Assembly (NCBI GenBank): GCA_963827025.1
Contig: CAWGZB010000005.1
Span: 711,471-775,470, forward strand
DNA length: 64,000 bases
Source of the DNA: an uncultured Actinomycetota bacterium
GTDB lineage: Bacteria; Actinomycetota; Actinomycetes; Propionibacteriales; Nocardioidaceae
Reading direction: 5' to 3'
In this document: positions 56,208-64,000 of the stretch, piece by piece
Layout: each line of letters starts with the position of its first letter
How positions within the stretch are numbered: the stretch's first letter is position 1
Made by a program: the position numbers and the translations under genes
Notes under the pieces: generated by a model
What the model was told of the DNA's origin: nothing
The model's database searches: none
What the model saw: only the letters and a program-made list of their open reading frames with translations

Positions 56208-57989
56208 TCAGCGGCTGGTGTAGTCGCGGAAGCCGCGCTTGGTCTTGCGCCCCAGGTAGCCCGCGGTGACCAGGTGCTCCAACAGCGGCGCGGGCGCGAA
56301 GCCCGGCTCGCGGAACTCGAGGTAGAGCTCCCGCTCGATCGCGAGCGACACGTCGTTGCCGACCACGTCGAGCAGCTCGAAGGGGCCCATCGGCAGCGCG
56401 CAGCCCTGCTTCATCGCGGTGTCGATGTCGTCGGCCGAGGCGTAGTGGGCCTCGAGCATCTTCACCGCGTCGTTGAGGTAGGGGAACAGCAGCGCGTTGA
56501 CGATGAAGCCCGCCCGGTCACCGCACGAGACCGCCACCTTGCCCACCTTCGCGCACAGCGCCCGCACGCTCTCCGCGACGTCCTCGTCGGTGGAGACGGT
56601 CGAGACCACCTCGACGAGCTTCATGATCGGGGCCGGGTTGAAGAAGTGCATCCCGATGACCTGCTCGGGGCGACGCGTGGCCTGCGCGCACTCGATGATC
56701 GGCAGCGAGGAGGTGGTGGTCGCCAGGATGGCGCCGTCCTTGCAGATGTCGTCGAGGTTCTCGAACAGCGTGGTCTTGACCTTCAGGTCCTCGGCGATCG
56801 CCTCGACCACGATGTCCACCTCGGCGAGGTCGTCCAGGGACGTGCTGCCGGTGAGCCGACCCAGCACCTCCTCCTTCGCGGACTCCTCGAGCTTGCCGCG
56901 CTGGATCGCCTTGTCCAGCGAGCGCTCGATGACCGATCGGACGCCGTCGACCTTGGCCGGTGAGCGGCCGACGTAGATCACCTCGTAGCCGGACTTGGCG
57001 AAGACCTCGACGATCCCGGTCGCCATCGTGCCGGTCCCGACGACGCCGATCTTGCCGATCTCGTGCTCGAGATCCGGCTGGTCGTCGGCCGAGGGCGTCT
57101 GCGCGTCGGGGACGACGACCGGGCTGTCCGGCGCCTCGTAGGTGTAGAAGCCGCGCCCGGTCTTACGGCCCAGCCAACCGGCGGTGACCATCTGCTTGAG
57201 GATCGGCGCCGGCGCGTGCAGGCGGTCGCGACCCTGCTTGTACATCGTGTCCAGGATCTCGTACGCCGTGTCCAGGCCGATCAGGTCGAGCAGGGCCAGC
57301 GGACCCATCGGGTAGCCGCAACCGAAGCGCATCGCGGCGTCGATGTCCTCCCGGGAGGCGTACTTGCCCTCGTACATCGACACCGCGTGGTTGAGATAGC
57401 CGAAGAGCAGGGTGTTGGCGATGAAGCCCGCCTTGTCGCCGCACACGACCGGGTTCTTGCCCAGCCGCTGCATCAGCGCCTTGGCGTCTTCGAGCACCTC
57501 AGGCTCGGTGACGACGGTCTGCACGATCTCGACGAGGTCCTGCACCGGCGCCGGGTTGAAGAAGTGGATCCCGAGCACGCGTCCCGGACGGGGGTTGGCC
57601 GTGGAGATCTCGGTGACCGAGAGCGAGGAGGTGTTCGTGGCCAGGATCGCGTCCTCGGCCACGACCCCGTCGAGCTGGCGGAAGATGTCCTTCTTGACCT
57701 CGAGCGACTCCACGACGGCCTCGACGACCAGGTCGGCGCCCTTGAGCTCCTGAAGTGAGGTGGTGTAGCTCACCCGGTCGAGCAGCTCCTTCTGGTCGCC
57801 CTCGGAGAGCTTGCCGCGGGCGACGGCCCGGCCCGTGGAGTTCTCCAGGTGCTGCTTGCCCCGGGTGATGCCGTCCTCGTCCACCTCGACGCCCACCACG
57901 GTGAACCCGTTGCGGGCGAACACCTCGGTGATGCCCGCCCCCATGGTCCCGAGCCCGACTACGCCGATCGTCTGGAAGTCACGTGCCAT
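56208..57989 (-). CDS. 3-hydroxyacyl-CoA (3-hydroxybutyryl-CoA) dehydrogenase, tandem two-module form
   Basis: ATG at 57987-57989. Two complete modules are present. Each has a Rossmann motif ([13 protein letters not shown]; [13 protein letters not shown]), a TNTSSL/TTTSSL motif, HFFNPAP, and a C-terminal 3HCDH domain (GFI.N.LL..YLN.AV). Confidence 0.88.
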   Translation of the reverse strand: MARDFQTIGVVGLGTMGAGITEVFARNGFTVVGVEVDEDGITRGKQHLENSTGRAVARGKLSEGDQKELLDRVSYTTSLQELKGADLVVEAVVESLEVKKDIFRQLDGVVAEDAILATNTSSLSVTEISTANPRPGRVLGIHFFNPAPVQDLVEIVQTVVTEPEVLEDAKALMQRLGKNPVVCGDKAGFIANTLLFGYLNHAVSMYEGKYASREDIDAAMRFGCGYPMGPLALLDLIGLDTAYEILDTMYKQGRDRLHAPAPILKQMVTAGWLGRKTGRGFYTYEAPDSPVVVPDAQTPSADDQPDLEHEIGKIGVVGTGTMATGIVEVFAKSGYEVIYVGRSPAKVDGVRSVIERSLDKAIQRGKLEESAKEEVLGRLTGSTSLDDLAEVDIVVEAIAEDLKVKTTLFENLDDICKDGAILATTTSSLPIIECAQATRRPEQVIGMHFFNPAPIMKLVEVVSTVSTDEDVAESVRALCAKVGKVAVSCGDRAGFIVNALLFPYLNDAVKMLEAHYASADDIDTAMKQGCALPMGPFELLDVVGNDVSLAIERELYLEFREPGFAPAPLLEHLVTAGYLGRKTKRGFRDYTSR

Positions 57990-58185
57990 GCGGCGCATCC
58001 TGCCACGGCCCACCGGCCGCTCCGCCACGTGCTCAGGGTTCGGTAGGCACGTCGTGGGGGCGGCGAACGGGGAGGAGTGCATCGAGAGGACCTCGAGGCG
58101 GGTGCGCGCCAGGGTCAGGGCGGGCCCGAGGCCGTCGACGAACCGGAAGCCCGAGGAGGCCTGGGCCGGTCCTCCGGCCCGCGCG

Positions 58186-59097
58186 TCACGACGCGAGCGG
58201 GGACACCAGCTCCGCGACCTCCTCGGCGCAGCCCCAGCTCAGCGTCACTCCGGCGCCCCCGTGGCCATAGCAGTGCACGACCCGGCCTTCGGCCTCCAGG
58301 CGTACGACGGGCCGCGCGGGCCGCAGTCCGACTCGATGGGCCACGATGCGGGCACCGTCCAGCTCCGGGACCAGTGCGCGTCCCCGCCGCAGCAGCTCCT
58401 CGGCGGTGGCCGCGGAGGGGGTGCGGCTCCACTCGCCCTCGTCGTCGGTGCCCCCGACGACCACGGTGGTGGTCCGTGGAACGACGTAGGTCGGGCCCGA
58501 CGCGTCGAGGAACCAGCGGTCCAGCTCGATCCCGTCGAGCAGCACGACCTGCCCGCGGACGGGGAAGACCTCGTGGTCACCGGCCAGCAGCCGCGAGCCG
58601 ATGCCCGAGCAGTTCACGACGACGTCCTCCTGCGTGCCGGGCAGGTCGTGCAGGCTCATCCGGGTCACGGTCCCGCCCAGTGCGGCCACCCGGCTGCGCA
58701 GCCAGCGCAGGTAGACCGGCATGTCGACGACCGGCGCGGTGAACGACCAGGCGTCGGCGTACCCCTCCGGCGGCGGGACGCGCCGCAGCTGCGGAACCGC
58801 CGTGACCCACCAGGGGTCCGGAGCCGTCGCGGAATGCGCCTCGGTGCCCTCCAGGAGCCGTACGCCGGTCTCCTCCGCCGCCAGCTCGCCGAAGACGGCG
58901 TAGGAGCGGCGGGCCCAGGCGGTCACGCGGTCCTGGGGAAGCGCCCGGTAGGGGTACCACAACGCTGCCGCGACCACCGAGGTCGTCTCCAGCGGCAGGT
59001 CGCGAGCCACCACGTCCACCCGATGCCCGGCCTCGAGCAACCGGACGGCGCAGGACAGCCCGACGACACCCGCACCGACCACGACGATCCGCTCCAC
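58186..59097 (-). CDS. FAD-dependent oxidoreductase, D-amino-acid oxidase family
   Basis: Motifs [22 protein letters not shown], and the C-terminal [15 protein letters not shown]. Confidence 0.8.
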   Translation of the reverse strand: MERIVVVGAGVVGLSCAVRLLEAGHRVDVVARDLPLETTSVVAAALWYPYRALPQDRVTAWARRSYAVFGELAAEETGVRLLEGTEAHSATAPDPWWVTAVPQLRRVPPPEGYADAWSFTAPVVDMPVYLRWLRSRVAALGGTVTRMSLHDLPGTQEDVVVNCSGIGSRLLAGDHEVFPVRGQVVLLDGIELDRWFLDASGPTYVVPRTTTVVVGGTDDEGEWSRTPSAATAEELLRRGRALVPELDGARIVAHRVGLRPARPVVRLEAEGRVVHCYGHGGAGVTLSWGCAEEVAELVSPLAS

Positions 59098-59223
59098 GCC
59101 CCTGAGTCTGCCGCACGGCGCGGGGTGCGCTCGTCGAGCGGGCCGCCGGCACGCGCGCGAACGCGCCGCCCGGGTGCTCCTGCGCGCTCAGCGAGCTGGA
59201 GACGACCGGTAGATTCCCCCACT

Positions 59224-59898
59224 GTGAGACTCGTCGTCGCGCGCTGCCAGGTCGACTACGCCGGACGGCTGACCGCCCACCTTCCGATGGCCACCCGGGT
59301 GCTGATGCTGAAGTCCGACGGCTCGGTGCTCGTGCACTCCGACGGCGGCTCCTACAAGCCGCTGAACTGGATGAGCCCGCCGTGCTCGGTGCGTGAGGGC
59401 ACCACCGAGGAGGGCCACCTGGAGTGGACGGTGGCGGCGAAGAGCGGGGACAGCCTGCGCATCCTCATCGAGGAGGTGCTCCACGACTCCCACCACGACC
59501 TGGGCACCGATCCCGGCCTGCAGAAGGACGGCGTGGAGAAGCACCTCCAAGAGCTGCTCGCCGACCACCCGGCCACCCTGGGCGAGGGCCTGACCCTCGT
59601 GCGTCGGGAGTACCCCACCGCGATCGGTCCGGTGGACCTGATGTGCCGGGACGCGACCGGGACGTCCGTCGCGGTCGAGATCAAGCGGCGCGGCGAGATC
59701 GACGGTGTGGAGCAGCTGACCCGCTACCTCGACCTGCTCAACCGCGACCCCCTGCTGGCCCCGGTGCGCGGCATCTTCGCCGCCCAGGAGATCAAGCCCC
59801 AGGCGCGGGTCCTCGCCACCGACCGCGGGATCGCCTGCGCGGTGGTCGACTACGACGCACTGCGCGGGATGGACGATCCCAGCGAACGGCTCTTCTGA
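59224..59898 (+). CDS. nucS: Endonuclease NucS (EndoMS), non-canonical mismatch repair nuclease
   Basis: GTG at 59224 ([21 protein letters not shown]...). Motifs [47 protein letters not shown] lies 10 nt upstream, so the mRNA may be near-leaderless. Confidence 0.9.
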   Translation: MRLVVARCQVDYAGRLTAHLPMATRVLMLKSDGSVLVHSDGGSYKPLNWMSPPCSVREGTTEEGHLEWTVAAKSGDSLRILIEEVLHDSHHDLGTDPGLQKDGVEKHLQELLADHPATLGEGLTLVRREYPTAIGPVDLMCRDATGTSVAVEIKRRGEIDGVEQLTRYLDLLNRDPLLAPVRGIFAAQEIKPQARVLATDRGIACAVVDYDALRGMDDPSERLF

Positions 59899-59907
59899 GA
59901 AAGCTCG

Positions 59908-60324
59908 TCAGCGGGACTGCCGCGTCTTCTTGCGGTTCTCCTTCTTGATCGCGTCCACGAGCTCCTTCTTGCTCATGTTGGACCGGCCGGAGATGTCGAG
60001 CTTCTTCGCGACGTCGTAGAGGTGCTCCTTGGACGCGTTGGCGTCCACGCCCTCCTGGGTCTTGGCCTTGGTGCCGCGCCCACCGGAGGCCTTCTTGTCC
60101 GAGGGCCCCTTGCCGTTCTTGGGCTCCCAGTGGTCGCCGACCTTCTCGTGGGTGTGCTTCAGCGCGGAGTACGCCGTGCGGTGGGCGCGCTCGCCGTCGC
60201 CGTACTCGTCGGCCGCGGAGTCGTGGGCCTTGGCGAACGTGCGCTGAGCCTTGGCGTCCGAACGCTTGAGGGTGTCGGGGAGCTCGGACTTCTTGACCTT
60301 GCCGCCCTTGCTGGTCATCGGCAC
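59908..60324 (-). CDS. ChaB-family protein with a C-terminal Rho_N/SAP-like helix-extended-helix motif
   Basis: The GAAGGAGG RBS ends 10 nt before GTG 60324. ELPDTLKRSDAKAQRTFAKAHDSAADEY is ChaB-like. The C-terminus is SNMSKKELVDAIKKENR. Confidence 0.6.
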   Translation of the reverse strand: MPMTSKGGKVKKSELPDTLKRSDAKAQRTFAKAHDSAADEYGDGERAHRTAYSALKHTHEKVGDHWEPKNGKGPSDKKASGGRGTKAKTQEGVDANASKEHLYDVAKKLDISGRSNMSKKELVDAIKKENRKKTRQSR

Positions 60325-60408
60325 GGTGGATCAACCTCCTTCGACTCTCCCACCCAATTACCCGCTGCGGCTGTGCCCACACTTCAGGGATCTGGGGGGA
60401 ATGTGCCC

Positions 60409-61854
60409 TCAGCGCACCAGCGGCAGCGCCAACCGGAAGGTGGTGCCGTCCGGTCCGCTCCGGACGACCTCGAGCCGACCGTCGTGCGCCTCGACGATGG
60501 CCAGGGCGATCGTCAGGCCGAGGCCCGCCCCCGGGACCTGGAGCTCCACGGCGCTGGGTGCCCGGAAGAGCCGCTCGAAGATCTGCTGGGTGTCGCCGTC
60601 GCCGATCCCGGCGCCGGTGTCGACGACATCGACCTCGGCGATGCGGTCCGTGGTGCGTACGACGACGCGGACCCGTCCGCCCGACGGGGTGAACTTCAAG
60701 GCGTTGGAGAGCAGGTTGTCCATAGCCTGGCCGAGCCGGTCCCGGTCACCGCGCACCGGCACGGCCGCGCCCGGGATCTCCAGGGCCAGGTCGAGCCCGG
60801 TCTCCTCGGCGCGCGGCCGCGCGGCCTCCACGGCCTCCCGGACGATGCTCTCCAGGTCGACCTCCGCGGGCTCGATCGCCAGCCCCGACTCCTCGATCGC
60901 GACCAGGGTGAGCAGGTCGTCGACCAGCCGGAGCTCCCGCTCGGCGCTGCGCATGATCACCGACAAGAAGCGCCGGCCCTGCGGGCTGAGCTCCTCCAGG
61001 TCGCTCATCAGCTCGCCGTACCCGATCATCGAGGTCAGCGGTGTCCGCAGCTCGTGGGAGACCGTGGCGAAGAACTCGTCCTTGATCCGGTCGGCCTCCT
61101 GCTGCATCCCGCGGCGTTCGGAGATGTCACGCACCGCAGCGGAGACCAGCAGGCCCTCGTCGGTCTCCAGCGGGGCCAGGGACACCTCGACGGGAAACTC
61201 GCTGCCGTCCCGGCGCCGGGCGTAGAGGTCTCCGGAGAGCCCCATCGGCCGGGTGCGCGGCTCGCTGACGTAGCCGTTGCGGAAGGCCAGGTGCATCCCG
61301 GCGAACCGGTCCGGCACCAGGATCTCCACCGGCTCGCCGATCAGCTCCTGGCGCTGGTAGCCGAAGAGCGCCTCCACCTGGGCGTTGACCAGGAGGATGT
61401 TGCCGGCGTCGTTGACGATCACCATCCCGTCCGGGGCGGCCTCCAGCAGCCCGCGGAACAGGCGGGCCTCCCGACGCCGGTCCGCGGTCGCCCGCAGACC
61501 GATCGCGACCAGCACGCCCTCGTCGGTGGCCGCCGGCGTCAGCGTGAGGTCCACCGGTACGGTCTCGCCCTCGGAGTGCCGCAGCTGGGCGTCGCGGACG
61601 GTGACCTCGACGCCGGTGTCCACCACCGTCTGGACGGCGACCCTCTGGAACGCCCGCATCGTCTCGCGCCCGAAGTGCTCGACACCGAGACCGGTCATGG
61701 CCTCGGCAGGAAGCCCGACGAGCTGGGCGGCCACGCCGTTGGCGAGGAGGACCCGACCGTCGCGGTCGGTGAGCACGAGCGCCTCGTCGGACTTGGTGAT
61801 CAGCTCGACCAGCGCGTCGTGGTCCCACTGCTCCTGCTCGTGCAGCTGCTGCAT
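60409..61854 (-). CDS. Cytoplasmic PAS-PAS sensor histidine kinase
   Basis: ATG at 61852-61854. Two PAS-like modules, H-box SHELRTPLTSMIGY, N-box DNLLSNALKFTP, G-boxes DTGAGIG and GAGLGLTIALAIVEAHDG. No TM segment and no adjacent response regulator. Confidence 0.8.
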   Translation of the reverse strand: MQQLHEQEQWDHDALVELITKSDEALVLTDRDGRVLLANGVAAQLVGLPAEAMTGLGVEHFGRETMRAFQRVAVQTVVDTGVEVTVRDAQLRHSEGETVPVDLTLTPAATDEGVLVAIGLRATADRRREARLFRGLLEAAPDGMVIVNDAGNILLVNAQVEALFGYQRQELIGEPVEILVPDRFAGMHLAFRNGYVSEPRTRPMGLSGDLYARRRDGSEFPVEVSLAPLETDEGLLVSAAVRDISERRGMQQEADRIKDEFFATVSHELRTPLTSMIGYGELMSDLEELSPQGRRFLSVIMRSAERELRLVDDLLTLVAIEESGLAIEPAEVDLESIVREAVEAARPRAEETGLDLALEIPGAAVPVRGDRDRLGQAMDNLLSNALKFTPSGGRVRVVVRTTDRIAEVDVVDTGAGIGDGDTQQIFERLFRAPSAVELQVPGAGLGLTIALAIVEAHDGRLEVVRSGPDGTTFRLALPLVR

Positions 61855-62014
61855 CCGACGCACCGCTCCTGCCCAGTGGTTCGACCCCGACAACTCACGG
61901 CGTCCCGGGAGCCACAGCTGGCACACTATGGCCAAGCAAGCGCCTCGGTGGCGACACCGAGGACCAAAAAGGCGCCTGCCAGACGTGTGGACTGGACCAG
62001 TCGCCGCAGCGTGG

Positions 62015-64000
62015 TCAGTCCAGCCCGTGCGCCCGCCGGATGGCACGCACGATGCCCCCCATCGCCTCGGTGAGGCTGAAGTCCTTGGGCGTGAAGACCT
62101 CGGCCACCCCGCGCTTCTTCAGCGCCTCTGCGTCGCGGCCGGGAATGATCCCGCCGACGATCACCGGCACGTCCTCGATGCCGGCGGCCTGCATCCGGTC
62201 CAGCACGTCCGGCACCAGCTCCATGTGCGAGCCCGACAGGATCGAGATGCCGACGCAGTGCACGTCCTCGGCGACCGCCGCGCTGACGATCTGCTCCGGG
62301 GTGAGTCGGATGCCCTGGTAGACCACCTCGAACCCCGCGTCCCGTGCCCGTACGGCGACCTGCTCGGCGCCGTTGGAGTGGCCGTCGAGACCCGGCTTGC
62401 CGACCAGCAGTCGCAACCGGCCACCGAGCTCCTCGCCGGTGCGCTTGACCAGCTCGCGGACGTCGGTGAGCTCCTTGCCTGCCTCTCCTGCGGTCTCGGC
62501 GACGCCGACCGCGCCGGAGACCCCCGTGGGCGCCCGGAACTCGCCGAACACCTCCCGCAGGGTGCCGGCCCACTCCCCCGTGGTGGCGCCGGCACGCGCC
62601 GCCTCGAGGGTCGCGTGCATGAGGTTCTCGTCGGTCTTGGCTGCGGCGGCAAGTGCCTCCAGGGCCCGGTCGACCCGGGGCTGGTCGCGCTCGGAGCGCC
62701 ACTTCTCCACGCTCGCGATCGCGGCGCGCTCGGCCTCGGGGTCGGCGGCCTGGATCGCGGCGTCGAGGTCGGCGGTCAGCGGTGACGGCTCGGTGGTCTC
62801 GAACTTGTTCACCCCGACCACGATGTCCGCGCCACCCTCGATGGCGGCCCGGCGGGCGGCGTGGGAGCTGACCAGCTGCTGCTTCATGTAGCCGGACTCC
62901 ACCGCGGCGATGGCGCCGCCCATCGCCTGGACCCGATCGATCTCGGCCCGCGCCTCCTCGACGAGCTGGCTGACCTTGGCCTCGATGACGTGCGACCCCT
63001 CGAAGATGTCGTCGTACTCCAGCAGGTCGGATTCATAGGCCAGCACCTGCTGCAGGCGCAGCGACCACTGCTGGTCCCACGGACGCGGCAGGCCGAGTGC
63101 CTCGTTCCACGCCGGCAGCTGGATCGCGCGGGCGCGCGCGTTCTTCGACAGGGTCACCCCGAGCATCTCCAGCACGATGCGCTGGACGTTGTTCTCCGGC
63201 TGGGCCTCGGTCAGGCCCAGGGAGTTGACCTGCACGCCGTAGCGGAAGCGGCGCATCTTGGGGTCGGTCACCCCGTAGCGCTCGGAGGTGATCTCGTCCC
63301 ACAGGCGCACGAAGGCCCGCATCTTGCAGGTCTCCTCGACGAACCGCACGCCGGCGTTGACGAAGAACGAGATCCGCCCCACGACCTTCTCGAAGTCCTC
63401 GGCCGAGACCTGGCCGGAGTCCTTGACGGTGTCCAGGACCGCGATCGCGGTGCACAGCGCGTAGGCCAGCTCCTGGGTCGGCGTCGCGCCGGCCTCCTGC
63501 AGGTGGTAGCTGCAGATGTTGATCGGGTTCCACTTCGGGATCTCGTTGACGGTGTAGGAGATGACGTCGGAGATCAGCCGCAGCGAGTGCTCCGGTGGGA
63601 ACACGTAGGTCCCGCGGGAGAGGTACTCCTTGATGATGTCGTTCTGGGTCGTGCCCGCGAGCTTGTGGGCGACCTCGAGCGGCTCCAGGTCAGGATTCTG
63701 TTCTTCGGCCACCACCTGGTAGAGCGCCAGCAGCCACATGGCGGTGGCGTTGATCGTCATCGAGGTGTTCATCTCCGTGAGTGGGATGTCCTCGAACAGG
63801 CGACGCATCTCACCGAGGTGCGGGATCGGCACACCGACCTTGCCGACCTCGCCCCTGGCCAGCGGCGAGTCGGGGTCGTAGCCGGTCTGCGTGGGCAGGT
63901 CGAAGGCGACCGAGAGACCGGTCTGCCCCTTGGCCAGGTTGGTCCGGTAGAGCTTGTTCGACTCCGCGGCCGAGCTGTGGCCGGCGTACGTGCGCATCAC
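62015..64000 (-). CDS. meaA: B12-dependent acyl-CoA mutase with fused cobalamin-binding domain, ethylmalonyl-CoA mutase (MeaA/Ecm)-like; the N-terminus lies beyond the right edge
   Basis: Motifs MRTYAGHSSAAESNKLYR and EYLSRGTYVFPP (MCM has RQYAGFS), and ICSYHLQEAGAT. The C-terminal B12 domain has the DxHxxG motif (GLDGHSNGAEQV) and GGIIP. The context with ccr, epimerase and meaB supports an Ecm role. Confidence 0.78.
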   Translation of the reverse strand: MMRTYAGHSSAAESNKLYRTNLAKGQTGLSVAFDLPTQTGYDPDSPLARGEVGKVGVPIPHLGEMRRLFEDIPLTEMNTSMTINATAMWLLALYQVVAEEQNPDLEPLEVAHKLAGTTQNDIIKEYLSRGTYVFPPEHSLRLISDVISYTVNEIPKWNPINICSYHLQEAGATPTQELAYALCTAIAVLDTVKDSGQVSAEDFEKVVGRISFFVNAGVRFVEETCKMRAFVRLWDEITSERYGVTDPKMRRFRYGVQVNSLGLTEAQPENNVQRIVLEMLGVTLSKNARARAIQLPAWNEALGLPRPWDQQWSLRLQQVLAYESDLLEYDDIFEGSHVIEAKVSQLVEEARAEIDRVQAMGGAIAAVESGYMKQQLVSSHAARRAAIEGGADIVVGVNKFETTEPSPLTADLDAAIQAADPEAERAAIASVEKWRSERDQPRVDRALEALAAAAKTDENLMHATLEAARAGATTGEWAGTLREVFGEFRAPTGVSGAVGVAETAGEAGKELTDVRELVKRTGEELGGRLRLLVGKPGLDGHSNGAEQVAVRARDAGFEVVYQGIRLTPEQIVSAAVAEDVHCVGISILSGSHMELVPDVLDRMQAAGIEDVPVIVGGIIPGRDAEALKKRGVAEVFTPKDFSLTEAMGGIVRAIRRAHGLD

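Noticed and set aside
61943-61962. The hairpin CCTCGGTG-gcga-CACCGAGG downstream of the Ecm-like mutase might be an intrinsic terminator.
   Set aside because: On the transcribed (minus) strand the U-run (CCUUUUUGG) precedes the stem rather than following it, and the 3' flank is only weakly U-rich. I keep it only as a possible structure and did not list it as a feature.

Overview
This is a very GC-rich actinobacterial chromosomal segment. NucS, the GlgE alpha-glucan pathway, a DivIVA-domain protein, an LpdA-type flavoprotein and a type I FAS all point to Actinomycetota; the genus cannot be fixed from sequence alone. The window is almost fully coding, with about 50 genes. I found no rRNA or tRNA, no transposase, integrase or phage genes, and no recognisable defence genes. 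There are three metabolic blocks. (i) Alpha-glucan genes glgX / glgP / glgE-treS-pep2-glgB (1.9-14.0 kb). (ii) A lipogenic block at 22.6-37.6 kb: accA (BC-BCCP), an SDR, a 9.1-kb type I fatty acid synthase gene (fas), acpS, an unusual fusion of a biotinyl domain to a eukaryotic-type carboxyltransferase, and a TetR regulator. (iii) Scattered C4/C5 acyl-CoA genes of ethylmalonyl-CoA type: an IcmA-like mutase, thiolase-meaB, an epimerase, ccr, a tandem 3-hydroxyacyl-CoA dehydrogenase, and a MeaA/Ecm-like mutase cut by the right edge. The most unusual signal is a repeat family of ~24-nt units at exact 32-bp spacing arranged as inverted arms. It occurs twice: it fills the spoIID-tetR intergenic gap (37594-37776), and it sits in-frame in the fas MPT-ACP linker (30544-30672). 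Other items are a perfect 18-bp palindrome at the marR/icmA junction, a nested inverted repeat after the NUDIX gene, a meaB whose conserved N-terminus has no canonical start codon, and hairpin terminators between convergent genes. Gene calls rest on reading the translated ORFs for family motifs. No database search was possible, so novelty claims are unverified.
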